42,660 nt of DNA from an uncultured Eubacteriales bacterium (GTDB lineage: Bacteria > Bacillota > Clostridia > UMGS1883): the NCBI GenBank assembly GCA_905195005.1, contig CAJJUC010000002.1, positions 1-42,660 on the forward strand, given 5' to 3'. Shown here piece after piece: positions 35,487 to 42,660 of this stretch. The notes under the pieces were generated by a model. That model saw only the letters and a program-made list of their open reading frames with translations, did not search any database and was not told where the DNA came from. Position 1 is the stretch's first letter. Each line of letters opens with the position of its first letter. Both the position numbers and the translations under genes were made by a program.

Positions 35487-36347
35487 ATGAAAAAAGTTGC
35501 TGCGCTTTTAATATTTTCACTGCTGATTACGCAAAATGCCATTGCCGTTGATTTAAGTGCAAGGGCTGCGGCGCTGATTGACGGAAAAAGCGGAAAGGTT
35601 CTTTTTGAAAAGAACAAGGACGAGCGGCTTCCGATGGCAAGCACAACGAAGATTATGACAGGGCTGCTTGCCTGCGAAAGCAAGAAAATGAAAAAAGTCG
35701 TCACCGTCAGCCCGGTTGCGTCGGGCACGGAGGGATCGTCGCTGTGGCTTGAACCCGGGGAAAAGCAAACGCTCGAAAACCTTACATACGGGCTTATGCT
35801 GCGCAGCGGAAACGACGCCGCCGTTGCAATCGCGGAATACCTCGGTGGAAGCACGGAAGCGTTTGCGCTGATGATGAATGAACGGGCAAAGAAAATCGGC
35901 GTTCAAAACACGGGCTTCCAAAATCCGAACGGACTTGACGCCGAGGGGCACTTCACAACCGCATACGATTTGGCGCTTATAAGCCGCGAGGCAATGAAAA
36001 ACAAAAAATTCCGAAAAATAGTATCGGCAAAAAACAAAACCATTCCATGGGAAAGCTCCGAATGGGACAGAAGTCTGACAAACCACAATAAAATGCTGTG
36101 GCGCTACGAGGGCTGCAACGGCATAAAAACCGGGTTCACGAAAAAAAGCGGCAGGTGCCTTGTCACAAGCGCAAAAAGGGGGAAAACGGAGCTGATATGC
36201 GTCACGCTCAATGCGCCCGACGACTGGAACGACCACACGAAAATGCTTGATTACGGCTTTGAAACGCTTGGCGCCGCCGAGGAAAAAACGGTGTTTCTCC
36301 CCTTTTTCAAAAAAGCTCCGTCCGTTCCGGCCCTGAGCCTATCATGA
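35487..36347 (+). CDS. D-alanyl-D-alanine carboxypeptidase (S11, PBP5/DacB-like, single domain)
   Basis: Signal peptide, then SxxK (ASTTK), SxN (RSGND) and KTG (IKTGFT) motifs. GGAGGGGG RBS. Confidence 0.9.
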   Translation: MKKVAALLIFSLLITQNAIAVDLSARAAALIDGKSGKVLFEKNKDERLPMASTTKIMTGLLACESKKMKKVVTVSPVASGTEGSSLWLEPGEKQTLENLTYGLMLRSGNDAAVAIAEYLGGSTEAFALMMNERAKKIGVQNTGFQNPNGLDAEGHFTTAYDLALISREAMKNKKFRKIVSAKNKTIPWESSEWDRSLTNHNKMLWRYEGCNGIKTGFTKKSGRCLVTSAKRGKTELICVTLNAPDDWNDHTKMLDYGFETLGAAEEKTVFLPFFKKAPSVPALSLS

Positions 36348-37023
36348 TAATATCGTCGGCATCCTCCGCGCGGCACAGGGTATACGGATATTTTTTGCCG
36401 AGCTTTTCACCGTCCAGCAAAAACAGCTTTTTTGCGGCATTTTGTATAACAGCCTTGCGCACGGCTGTCTGGCGCTCATCGTTATCGCTTATTATACCGT
36501 TGCTCGAAATTCCCATTGCCGAGAAAAACGCAATATCAACATTTATATCCCTGAGGAAGCGTTCGGTTTCGCTTCCGACAGTACACATATCGACTTCGTA
36601 ATAATCGCCGCCGGCAATAATGCACGGAATATGATATTTTGCGGCTTCAAGCAGATTCATCACAGAATTTGTTATTATTTTTATATCCTTGTACTCCGAA
36701 AGCAAAGAGATAACATGCATACACGTTGTTGACGAATCGATAAAAACCGTAAGAGAATCGCACAGATATTTTTCGGCACGCTTTGAAAGCATGCTCTTTT
36801 CCTTAGAATTGAGCAGTCTTCTTGCGGCAACCGGCAAAACCGCGTTGTCCTCAATGCTTACCGCACCGCCGTTATACCGCTTTATGTATCCGCCGCGTTC
36901 CAGCTCCTTAAGGTCGCGGCGGATTGTCATTTCGCACACAAAAAAATGCGCGGCAAGCGCCTTTACCGACGCTCTTTTTTTTCGTCCGATAAATTCTATC
37001 ATATCCTGCTGCCGTTCATTCAT
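36307..37023 (-). CDS. DeoR/GlpR-family transcriptional regulator
   Basis: 238 aa from ATG 37023 (GGAGG RBS). The HTH reads RASVKALAAHFFVCEMTIRRDLKELERGGYIKRYNGGA, with a DeoR C-terminal sensor domain. It converges on and overlaps the dac 3' end by 41 nt. Confidence 0.85.
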   Translation of the reverse strand: MNERQQDMIEFIGRKKRASVKALAAHFFVCEMTIRRDLKELERGGYIKRYNGGAVSIEDNAVLPVAARRLLNSKEKSMLSKRAEKYLCDSLTVFIDSSTTCMHVISLLSEYKDIKIITNSVMNLLEAAKYHIPCIIAGGDYYEVDMCTVGSETERFLRDINVDIAFFSAMGISSNGIISDNDERQTAVRKAVIQNAAKKLFLLDGEKLGKKYPYTLCRAEDADDIIMIGSGPERTELF

Positions 37024-37153
37024 AATCAACGCCTCCGTTTGTTCGATAAAATGTTCGTTTTCAAACATAACGAACATTTATTGACATTTCCTTTGAAATA
37101 TTCTATCATAAATCTGCATTGATGACAAGTTAATTTAAAGGAGTGTTTTCAAA

Positions 37154-37666
37154 TTGACGGCATATAATTTTATCGTACAGGCTTTGGGCATCGCAGGGAT
37201 AGTTGCAAGTATATTGTCATTCCAATGCAAGCGGCACAAGCCGCTGATGTGCCTTAGGACAGCCAACGAGCTGCTGTTCGGAATTCAATACCTTATGCTC
37301 GGCGCATACACGGGAATGCTTGCGAATTTTATCGGCTGCGTGAGAAACATAATTTTCACAAGAATGGTTGAAAAGAAAAAAAGCACCATGAGCATGAGAT
37401 TTCTTTTCAGCGTGTTATTCATTGTAATGTCGCTTTTCACATGGGCAGGCTTTAAAAGTATTCTTATCGGCGTTGCAAAGGTTATGTCTACCTATGCATA
37501 CGGAAGCAAAAACACGGGCTTCGTGCGCATTATAATTCTTTTAACAAGCTCCGTCTGGCTTTTTTACGACGCCGCTGTTAAATCCTATGCAGGCTGCGCC
37601 TGCGAAATTTTCACGCTTTGTTCGATCATCGCCGGGATTATCAGAATCGATATTCTGAAAAAGTAA
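37154..37666 (+). CDS. YgjV-family inner membrane protein
   Basis: 170 aa with a TTG start after AAAGGAG and five or six TM helices. The N-terminus MTAY..QALGIAGIVASILSF is collinear with the E. coli YgjV architecture. Confidence 0.7.
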   Translation: MTAYNFIVQALGIAGIVASILSFQCKRHKPLMCLRTANELLFGIQYLMLGAYTGMLANFIGCVRNIIFTRMVEKKKSTMSMRFLFSVLFIVMSLFTWAGFKSILIGVAKVMSTYAYGSKNTGFVRIIILLTSSVWLFYDAAVKSYAGCACEIFTLCSIIAGIIRIDILKK

Positions 37667-37698
37667 GCATGGGGTTGTCGCCCCATGCTTACTTTTTC
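37661..37698. terminator. Bidirectional intrinsic terminator between the convergent ygjV-like and cotF-like genes
   Basis: AAGTAAGCATGGGG-ttgtcg-CCCCATGCTTACTT (14 bp). T-tracts follow on the plus strand and A-tracts precede it. Confidence 0.75.
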
Positions 37699-38152
37699 AG
37701 GAGTACATATTGTTTGCAGCCATATAATCGTAAATCAGCTTGCCGTGCTCCTGTTCTTCTTTCTGAATATGATTCAGCGTATTGCGAAGACCTTCATTCT
37801 TAAATTCAAACACGCATGTGTCGTACAGGTGCGACGCGTGCTTTTCCGTTGCAAGCATGTCGGCGCAAAGGAAGTCATCATGCTTTTTTTCCTCGCTGTC
37901 GGCAATGGAATAGTATTCCGAAACGGTCGGCTTCTGCATTGCCGATGAGCTTCCGAGTGAAGCCTCCTCCCCGTTTTCGATTTTTTTGATGGTTTCCAAA
38001 TGTCCGCGCTCAACGCCCTCAATGTATTCAAACACATTTTTAAGCTGAGGGTCGCAGGCTTCAGCCGCGCATCTTTCGTACTTGTCAACGCAAAGCTGCT
38101 CCTGTTCTTTCAAATCCTTTAAAAGCTCCGTTTCCTTTTGTGATAACTGCAT
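37697..38152 (-). CDS. Spore coat protein F (CotF)-like, ferritin-like fold
   Basis: LSQKETELLKDLKEQEQLCVDKYERCAAEACDPQLKNVF and HASHLYDTCVFEFKNEGLRNTLNHIQKEEQEHGKLIYDYM form a two-halved Coat_F pattern. The start at ATG 38152 or 38164 is ambiguous. Confidence 0.7.
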   Translation of the reverse strand: MQLSQKETELLKDLKEQEQLCVDKYERCAAEACDPQLKNVFEYIEGVERGHLETIKKIENGEEASLGSSSAMQKPTVSEYYSIADSEEKKHDDFLCADMLATEKHASHLYDTCVFEFKNEGLRNTLNHIQKEEQEHGKLIYDYMAANNMYS

Positions 38153-38260
38153 AATAATCTCCATTCCGCCGCCCTGCTTCGGCAATATTTTTTTGCAGAG
38201 GAGGGTTTCTCAATTGACCCGATATTATTATGCACCTATTTTTCAATATTTATCCTTTTT

Positions 38261-39286
38261 TTATCTTACCATTTCATCCTGAACGCCCGTTGATTTGTGC
38301 GATTTGATGACGCTTTCAATTTCATCGATGCTGCTTGCCGACATATCGCCGGTCACAGTGCACTTTACAGCCGAAAGCGCATTGCCGATTTCAAGCGCAC
38401 GGCGGACATCTCCGTGCGTAATCAGCCCGTACATAACGCCGGCAAGATATGCGTCTCCGCTGCCGATTCTGTCGATAACCTCAATCCCGTTATACGGCTC
38501 TTCCTCGTAAAAAGCGCCGTCACAATATATTTTTGATGTGAAATTATGCCTGTTCGGCGTAACCGCGTGCCGCTGCGTTGTTGCAACAAGGCGGCAGCCG
38601 TACCGCTCCGCATATCCCTGCATTATTTCCTCAAGCGTGCCTGTGCGCCGCAGCATTCTGCGCGAGGTTTCCTCCGAAACGAACAGCAGATCAACATACG
38701 GGAACACCTTTTCTATAACCTCGCGCGCTTCGTCCTCGCTCCAGAGCGCCGCCCTGTAATTAACGTCGAACGAAATCATCGCGCCTGCCGCCTTAAAGCG
38801 CTTAATCATTTCAAGCGCCGTTTCGCGCAGCGTCTTTGATATGGCAAGCGTTATGCTGCTGATATGAAAAATCTTCGCCTTATCATATATATCGGACGGA
38901 ATTTCATCAATTGAAAGCGAGCATACCGAGGACTCCGCCCTGTCATATATAACCGAAGACTTGCGCGGATATGCTCCGCTCTCGTAATAATAAATCCCGA
39001 GCCGTTTTTTCGGCGAATCGTCATAAACTATGTAATCGTCACTGACATTTCCGTACCTTATTTTATTGCGCATAAAATGACCGAGCTTGTTTGAGGGCAG
39101 CCTCGTCACAAGCGCCGAGCGCACGCCGAGCATTGCCGCACCCGACACAACGTTCAGCTCAGACCCTGCGGCGTTTTTCTCAAAAATCTCACTCTGCGAA
39201 ATCTTTTCCTTGTCGGGCGGAGAAAGCCGCATCATAACCTCCCCCAGTCCGATAATATCAAACTCGGTGTTTTCCTTAAATGTCAT
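38261..39286 (-). CDS. PfkB-family sugar kinase (2-dehydro-3-deoxygluconokinase-like)
   Basis: 341 aa. N-terminal GLGEVMMRL...AGSELNV and the C-terminal ATP/anion-hole motif DRIGSGDAYLAGVMYGL. Confidence 0.82.
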   Translation of the reverse strand: MTFKENTEFDIIGLGEVMMRLSPPDKEKISQSEIFEKNAAGSELNVVSGAAMLGVRSALVTRLPSNKLGHFMRNKIRYGNVSDDYIVYDDSPKKRLGIYYYESGAYPRKSSVIYDRAESSVCSLSIDEIPSDIYDKAKIFHISSITLAISKTLRETALEMIKRFKAAGAMISFDVNYRAALWSEDEAREVIEKVFPYVDLLFVSEETSRRMLRRTGTLEEIMQGYAERYGCRLVATTQRHAVTPNRHNFTSKIYCDGAFYEEEPYNGIEVIDRIGSGDAYLAGVMYGLITHGDVRRALEIGNALSAVKCTVTGDMSASSIDEIESVIKSHKSTGVQDEMVR

Positions 39287-39359
39287 AAAAAGCCCTTCTT
39301 TCCGAAAAAAATCTCTGTCATATGTTTTATTATAGCATACGGCAGAGATTTTTTCAATA

Positions 39360-39725
39360 TTATTGTTTTTTAAACAGTTTTACAGACTTAAATATTTCAC
39401 CGCAGCCGAATACAAATATAAACGCTGCAAAGAGCTTTCCCAAAATGCGCGGCGAAAGCCTGACCGCAAGATATGCCCCCAAAGCGGCGAACGGAGCGCC
39501 GCATATAACCATCGGGAGCGCGGCTTTGGTTTCAATATTTTTGTTTTTTATGTGAACAACGAGCGCCGCAGCAGCCGATGGAATAAAATAGTAGAGATTC
39601 ACTGTCTGCGCAGTGTGCTGCGACGCGCCTGCAAAAATCGTCAGCACGGGAATCAGAATCATTCCTCCGCCGACGCCCATTCCGCTAAGTATGCCTGACA
39701 GAAATCCTGCCGCCGCCAAAAGCAT
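39360..39725 (-). CDS. Half-size TSUP (TauE/SafE) family permease, second half
   Basis: 121 aa with four TM helices and the motif GILSGMGVGGGMILIPVL. Confidence 0.75.
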   Translation of the reverse strand: MLLAAAGFLSGILSGMGVGGGMILIPVLTIFAGASQHTAQTVNLYYFIPSAAAALVVHIKNKNIETKAALPMVICGAPFAALGAYLAVRLSPRILGKLFAAFIFVFGCGEIFKSVKLFKKQ

Positions 39726-39737
39726 ACAATCCCTCCT

Positions 39738-40091
39738 TTACCTGAAAAACATACGCACAGCGGCTGTAATCATAACCGCGCCGAAGCCTGCACGGATATA
39801 CTTCACGGGCAGCCGTGACAAAAGCTTTGCGCCGACTGCCGCCCCGGCAATTCCCCCTGCCGAGGTTTTTAAAATCATTCGCCAATCGGCAAAGCCTGCG
39901 CGGCTGTACACAAGCATTCCGGCAATTGTCAGCGGAAGAATAACCGCAATTGCAGTTGCATGCGCCTTTTTCTCCTCAACGTTCAGAAAACGCTTCAACG
40001 CAAGCACCGCAACAATTCCTCCGCCCGACGCAAAGAATCCGTTTATGAGCCCGACTGCCGCCCCGATGATATAATTACGCACGCGCTTCAT
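39738..40091 (-). CDS. Half-size TSUP (TauE/SafE) family permease, first half
   Basis: 117 aa with four TM helices and the motif GLINGFFASGGGIVAVLAL. Its ATG shares one nucleotide with the spo0A TGA stop (TGATG). Confidence 0.75.
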   Translation of the reverse strand: MKRVRNYIIGAAVGLINGFFASGGGIVAVLALKRFLNVEEKKAHATAIAVILPLTIAGMLVYSRAGFADWRMILKTSAGGIAGAAVGAKLLSRLPVKYIRAGFGAVMITAAVRMFFR

Positions 40092-40894
40092 CAGGAAACA
40101 AGCATTTCAAGACGGAGCTTGTCCGCTATCATTGCAATAAATTCGCTGTTTGTCGGCTTGCCCTTGTTATTGCTCACCGTATAGCCGAACAGCTTATAAA
40201 GCTCCTCCTCGTTTCCGCGGATGCATGCAACCTCAATCGCGTGTCTTATGGCGCGCTCCACACGGCTTGGCGATGTGTTGTGCCGCGTTGCAACCTTCGG
40301 ATAAAGCTGCTTTGTCACGGCATTTATAAGCTCCGAGTCCTTAATGCTCATTATAATAGCGTCGCGCAGATACTGATAGCCCTTAATATTTGCAGGCACG
40401 CCCACCGAATGAATCGTGTTTGTAACGGAAATTTCAATTGCGCGGTCGCTCGGTCTGTCGCCGGTGTGGATATTCTCCGGCATTGCGATTCTGCCGCCGT
40501 GCTGCTTTGCGGCAAGCGAGGCGCTCAGAAGCTTTATTCTCTCGTAAATCGTTTCCGGTTCGCACGGCTTTATCATAAAGTAGTCAGCACCGAGCTCCAT
40601 GCAAAGATTCGTCACGCTTTCCTTTTTTGCGCCCGTCATCACAATAACAATCGGTCTGCGTGAAGCCGGAATTGCATTTATATCTTTCAAAACGGCAATG
40701 CCGTCCTTTTTCGGAAGAACAATTTCCATCAGCACAACATCGGGCGTAAGCTCGCGGAGCATTTCCGTTGCCTCGATTCCGTCCGCCGCTTTTCCTACAA
40801 CCTCAACATCGCCCTTTCCCTCAAAAAACACGCTGATTCTCGACATTAACTCCGTGCTGCTGTCAGCAAGCAGCAATTTTACCTTGTTTTTCAT
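40091..40894 (-). CDS. spo0A: Sporulation master regulator Spo0A, with a non-canonical receiver domain
   Basis: The C-terminal Spo0A_C signature is [18 protein letters not shown]...[22 protein letters not shown]...[15 protein letters not shown]. The receiver aligns without gaps to B. subtilis Spo0A, but carries E57 (GAA, 40726-40724) at the D56 position and ADSS in place of ADDN. Confidence 0.92.
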   Translation of the reverse strand: MKNKVKLLLADSSTELMSRISVFFEGKGDVEVVGKAADGIEATEMLRELTPDVVLMEIVLPKKDGIAVLKDINAIPASRRPIVIVMTGAKKESVTNLCMELGADYFMIKPCEPETIYERIKLLSASLAAKQHGGRIAMPENIHTGDRPSDRAIEISVTNTIHSVGVPANIKGYQYLRDAIIMSIKDSELINAVTKQLYPKVATRHNTSPSRVERAIRHAIEVACIRGNEEELYKLFGYTVSNNKGKPTNSEFIAMIADKLRLEMLVS

Positions 40895-40927
40895 TTTTTT
40901 CCTCCTGTAAAACTTGATTTCGTATAT

Positions 40928-40956
40928 ATATTACCACAATATGGAAATAAATGCAA
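40928..40956 (-). promoter_or_regulatory. Candidate sigma-A-type promoter for spo0A
   Basis: The minus strand reads TTGCAT (40956-40951), a 17-nt spacer, then TAATAT (40933-40928), about 35 nt upstream of the AGGAGG RBS. Confidence 0.45.
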
Positions 40957-41029
40957 GAGTTTTTTGCAAATATTTGGAAATATTTTTCCGTTAAATCCAT
41001 CAACCTCTCAAAATCTGTTAAAATAGGCA

Positions 41030-41058
41030 TTGATTTTCACGCTTTCCGGTGGTAATAT
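41030..41058 (+). promoter_or_regulatory. Candidate sigma-A-type promoter for the duplicated membrane protein gene
   Basis: TTGATT (41030-35), a 17-nt spacer, then TAATAT (41053-58). Confidence 0.45.
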
Positions 41059-41093
41059 ATTATAGTATGGAATCCGTTCTATGATATTTTAAA

Positions 41094-41125
41094 CCTGTTT
41101 TAATAAAAATTTTTATTAAAACAGG
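41094..41125 (+). promoter_or_regulatory. Perfect 32-nt palindrome overlapping the RBS of the downstream gene
   Basis: CCTGTTTTAATAAAAATTTTTATTAAAACAGG is its own reverse complement. Its 3' arm ends inside the AGGAG RBS (41123-41127), 12 nt before the ATG at 41137. Confidence 0.6.
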
Positions 41126-41136
41126 AGTGATATACG

Positions 41137-42504
41137 ATGAAAGGTCACGGTCTTATGAAGTACATTAATTTTGCAGTTAAGGATATAAAAAAGCTTTACC
41201 CGGCAATTTTTTTAATAAATCTGCTGAAATATATTCCCTCTTTGACAGGAAGCACATCAAACAATACGCTTAAATTAATGGTTGCAGGTCTTAACCTTTT
41301 AACCTACGTCAGAATCCCGCTTATATCGGCAGTGATTTTTTACTTCTCGCTGACATCGAGCACAAATATTTTCAAAGCAATAAAAAGCAATAAAAGAGGA
41401 ATTTTGCGGTCGCTTATTTATATCATCGTTGTTACCGCGGTCTATACGACGTTTTTTGTGATATTTGCAGCGTGTTACTACAAAGGGTTCGAGGTAAAAG
41501 CAAACCGGAGCATCGGCTTCATTCTGCTGACGCATGCTCTCGCAATACTGATGACTGTTTTTGAACCGTCCGAATATATGCTCGTGCTTACTGATTCTTC
41601 GTCACCGGTTCGTGATTCGCTGAAAACAGTAAAAAAGCTGAGCTTGCCATGGCTTGCGGCGCAGATTATTTTTGCAATTCCCACCGTCATCGCTTCATTA
41701 ATGCGCAGCAGTATCGTCACAATCGTATATAACATGCTTTATATTTTTTATTCCCCGTTTGTTTATAACTTCTTCTATAATTTCTACCTGAGCGCGTTTG
41801 ATGCCCGGGCTGTAAGAAAGCGCAGAAAAAGGCGCAGTTTTCGGGAATATATCGATTTTGCGTTTAAGGATATCATTAAAATCTACCCGATAATAATACT
41901 GCTGCTCCTGCCGACAGCGCTGCTGTTAAAGGATGAAGCTTATGACAGATTCGGCAATTTTCTCTTTCGTGAAGGCGCAGGCATATATAAGCTTTTGCTT
42001 ATTCCAATAATTACGGCAATTCTGTTCAATTACTCAACCAAATCAAGCCTTAATATAGTCGAAGCAATTAAGGACAATAAAAAAGCAATTCTGAAAGCAT
42101 ATCCCTATTTCGTTTTAATTGCACTCGCCGAAATTGCCACTCATCAGAGGCTGCATTTCGAGCTTGCAGAGTATATCCGCGATTGGATTAACAGGCGCCC
42201 CATGCCGCTTATCATTTCCTGCGCACTTCTGATTCCGTGCGCGGTTATTAAGGCACTGCCGTTGTCAGGCATGGCAGCGGATTCCGCGTCACCGATTAAG
42301 AATGCTTGGAAAACAGTAAAAAAAGCCGGCTTTCCATGGCTTATCTGCGAATTATTTTTTCTCGGAAACCTTCTGTTCGATTTCGGATACTTATGGAGAA
42401 CAGGACACGCCGAAAATATAATACTTTCAAATATCATTTATCCGATCGTAATTAACCTCCGGTTTAATTTGTATATGAACGTTATAAATCAAACGGAAGA
42501 TTAA
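41137..42504 (+). CDS. Polytopic membrane protein of unknown function with an internal tandem duplication
   Basis: 455 aa. The two halves are collinear: KYINFAVKDIKKLYPAIFLINLL / EYIDFAFKDIIKIYPIIILLLLP; NIFKAIKSNKRGILRS / NIVEAIKDNKKAILKA; SSPVRDSLKTVKKLSLPWLAAQIIF / ASPIKNAWKTVKKAGFPWLICELFF. They are joined by a basic linker (RAVRKRRKRRS). Confidence 0.75.
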   Translation: MKGHGLMKYINFAVKDIKKLYPAIFLINLLKYIPSLTGSTSNNTLKLMVAGLNLLTYVRIPLISAVIFYFSLTSSTNIFKAIKSNKRGILRSLIYIIVVTAVYTTFFVIFAACYYKGFEVKANRSIGFILLTHALAILMTVFEPSEYMLVLTDSSSPVRDSLKTVKKLSLPWLAAQIIFAIPTVIASLMRSSIVTIVYNMLYIFYSPFVYNFFYNFYLSAFDARAVRKRRKRRSFREYIDFAFKDIIKIYPIIILLLLPTALLLKDEAYDRFGNFLFREGAGIYKLLLIPIITAILFNYSTKSSLNIVEAIKDNKKAILKAYPYFVLIALAEIATHQRLHFELAEYIRDWINRRPMPLIISCALLIPCAVIKALPLSGMAADSASPIKNAWKTVKKAGFPWLICELFFLGNLLFDFGYLWRTGHAENIILSNIIYPIVINLRFNLYMNVINQTED

Positions 42505-42508
42505 TGGT

Positions 42509-42542
42509 GCGGCAGCAAAATGTGATTTCATTTTGCTGCCGC
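42509..42542. terminator. Hairpin terminator between the convergent membrane-protein gene and spoIVB
   Basis: GCGGCAGCAAAATG-tgattt-CATTTTGCTGCCGC (14 bp), followed by ccTCTGCTTTTc. Confidence 0.7.
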
Positions 42543-42572
42543 CCTCTGCTTTTCGGAGTTTTTTAACATTTT

Positions 42573-42660
42573 CTATGCCGCTGCGAGCATTCTCTCGATA
42601 TATATTCCGTATCCGCTTGTAGGGTCATTCACAAGCACATGCGTAACCGCGCCGACAATT
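42573..42660 (-). CDS. spoIVB: SpoIVB peptidase (S55), C-terminal 28 codons only; the gene continues beyond the window
   Basis: Hand translation of the minus strand gives IVGAVTHVLVNDPTSGYGIYIERMLAAA*, which matches the conserved SpoIVB C-terminal motif (GAVTHVxVNDPxxGYGI.IE.ML). Being near spo0A is the canonical synteny. Confidence 0.7.
   Translation of the reverse strand, partial: IVGAVTHVLVNDPTSGYGIYIERMLAAA

Noticed and set aside
35553-36236. 227-aa minus-strand ORF
   Set aside because: It is antisense to the D-Ala-D-Ala carboxypeptidase gene, which carries the SxxK/SxN/KTG motifs. It has no recognisable features.
1-42660. CRISPR arrays, rRNA/tRNA genes, transposase/IS elements, and classical defence systems (restriction-modification (RM), toxin-antitoxin (TA), Abi, CBASS-like)
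   Set aside because: I saw no regularly spaced direct repeats, no rRNA/tRNA-like sequence, no transposase-like ORF, and no nuclease/methylase/NTPase gene combination suggesting a defence island. Absence is judged by eye only.

Overview
The window looks like a spore-forming Clostridia chromosome (spoIVB, spo0A, cotF-like and dxs-tlyA are present) and splits into two parts. Part A (1 to about 24.2 kb) is visibly more AT-rich and almost every gene is on the minus strand. It is the integrase-proximal part of an integrative conjugative element (ICE). It carries a tyrosine integrase, a wHTH protein, a sigma-70-like regulator and a Gram-positive type IV secretion module: VirB2-like pilin, VirB6/TcpH-like membrane protein with C-terminal repeats, NlpC/P60+3D cell-wall hydrolase, PrgI/VirB3-like protein and VirB4 ATPase. 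Three uncharacterised genes follow, one with a RusA-like catalytic core, then a VirD4/TraG coupling protein. Last is a five-gene surface module: an acidic S1-domain protein, a YbjN-like protein, an untracked 58-aa Cys-rich ORF, a 1829-aa SLH-anchored giant protein with 14 His/Cys3 modules, and a small membrane-anchored secreted protein. The left ICE end is outside the window, and I could not recognise a canonical relaxase. Part B (about 24.3 to 42.66 kb) is GC-richer core chromosome: reverse rubrerythrin and a Fur/PerR regulator, VanW lipoprotein, DUF2318-like protein, NYN+LOTUS protein, ComEA, O-antigen-ligase-like/TPR membrane protein, TlyA, Dxs, RqcH, RNase HI, IreB, D-Ala-D-Ala carboxypeptidase, DeoR regulator, YgjV-like protein, CotF-like protein, PfkB sugar kinase, two half-size TSUP permeases, Spo0A, an internally duplicated membrane protein and the 3' end of spoIVB. 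The points most worth a second look are these. The ICE surface module with its His/Cys3-repeat SLH protein. The RusA-like protein and the iterated motif next to it. A strong intrinsic terminator in the leader of the T4SS operon. A Spo0A whose phospho-acceptor Asp is replaced by Glu. A mutually exclusive three-way-junction/terminator RNA fold upstream of the carboxypeptidase gene. All calls come from reading the sequence and the ORF translations by eye. No database search was run.
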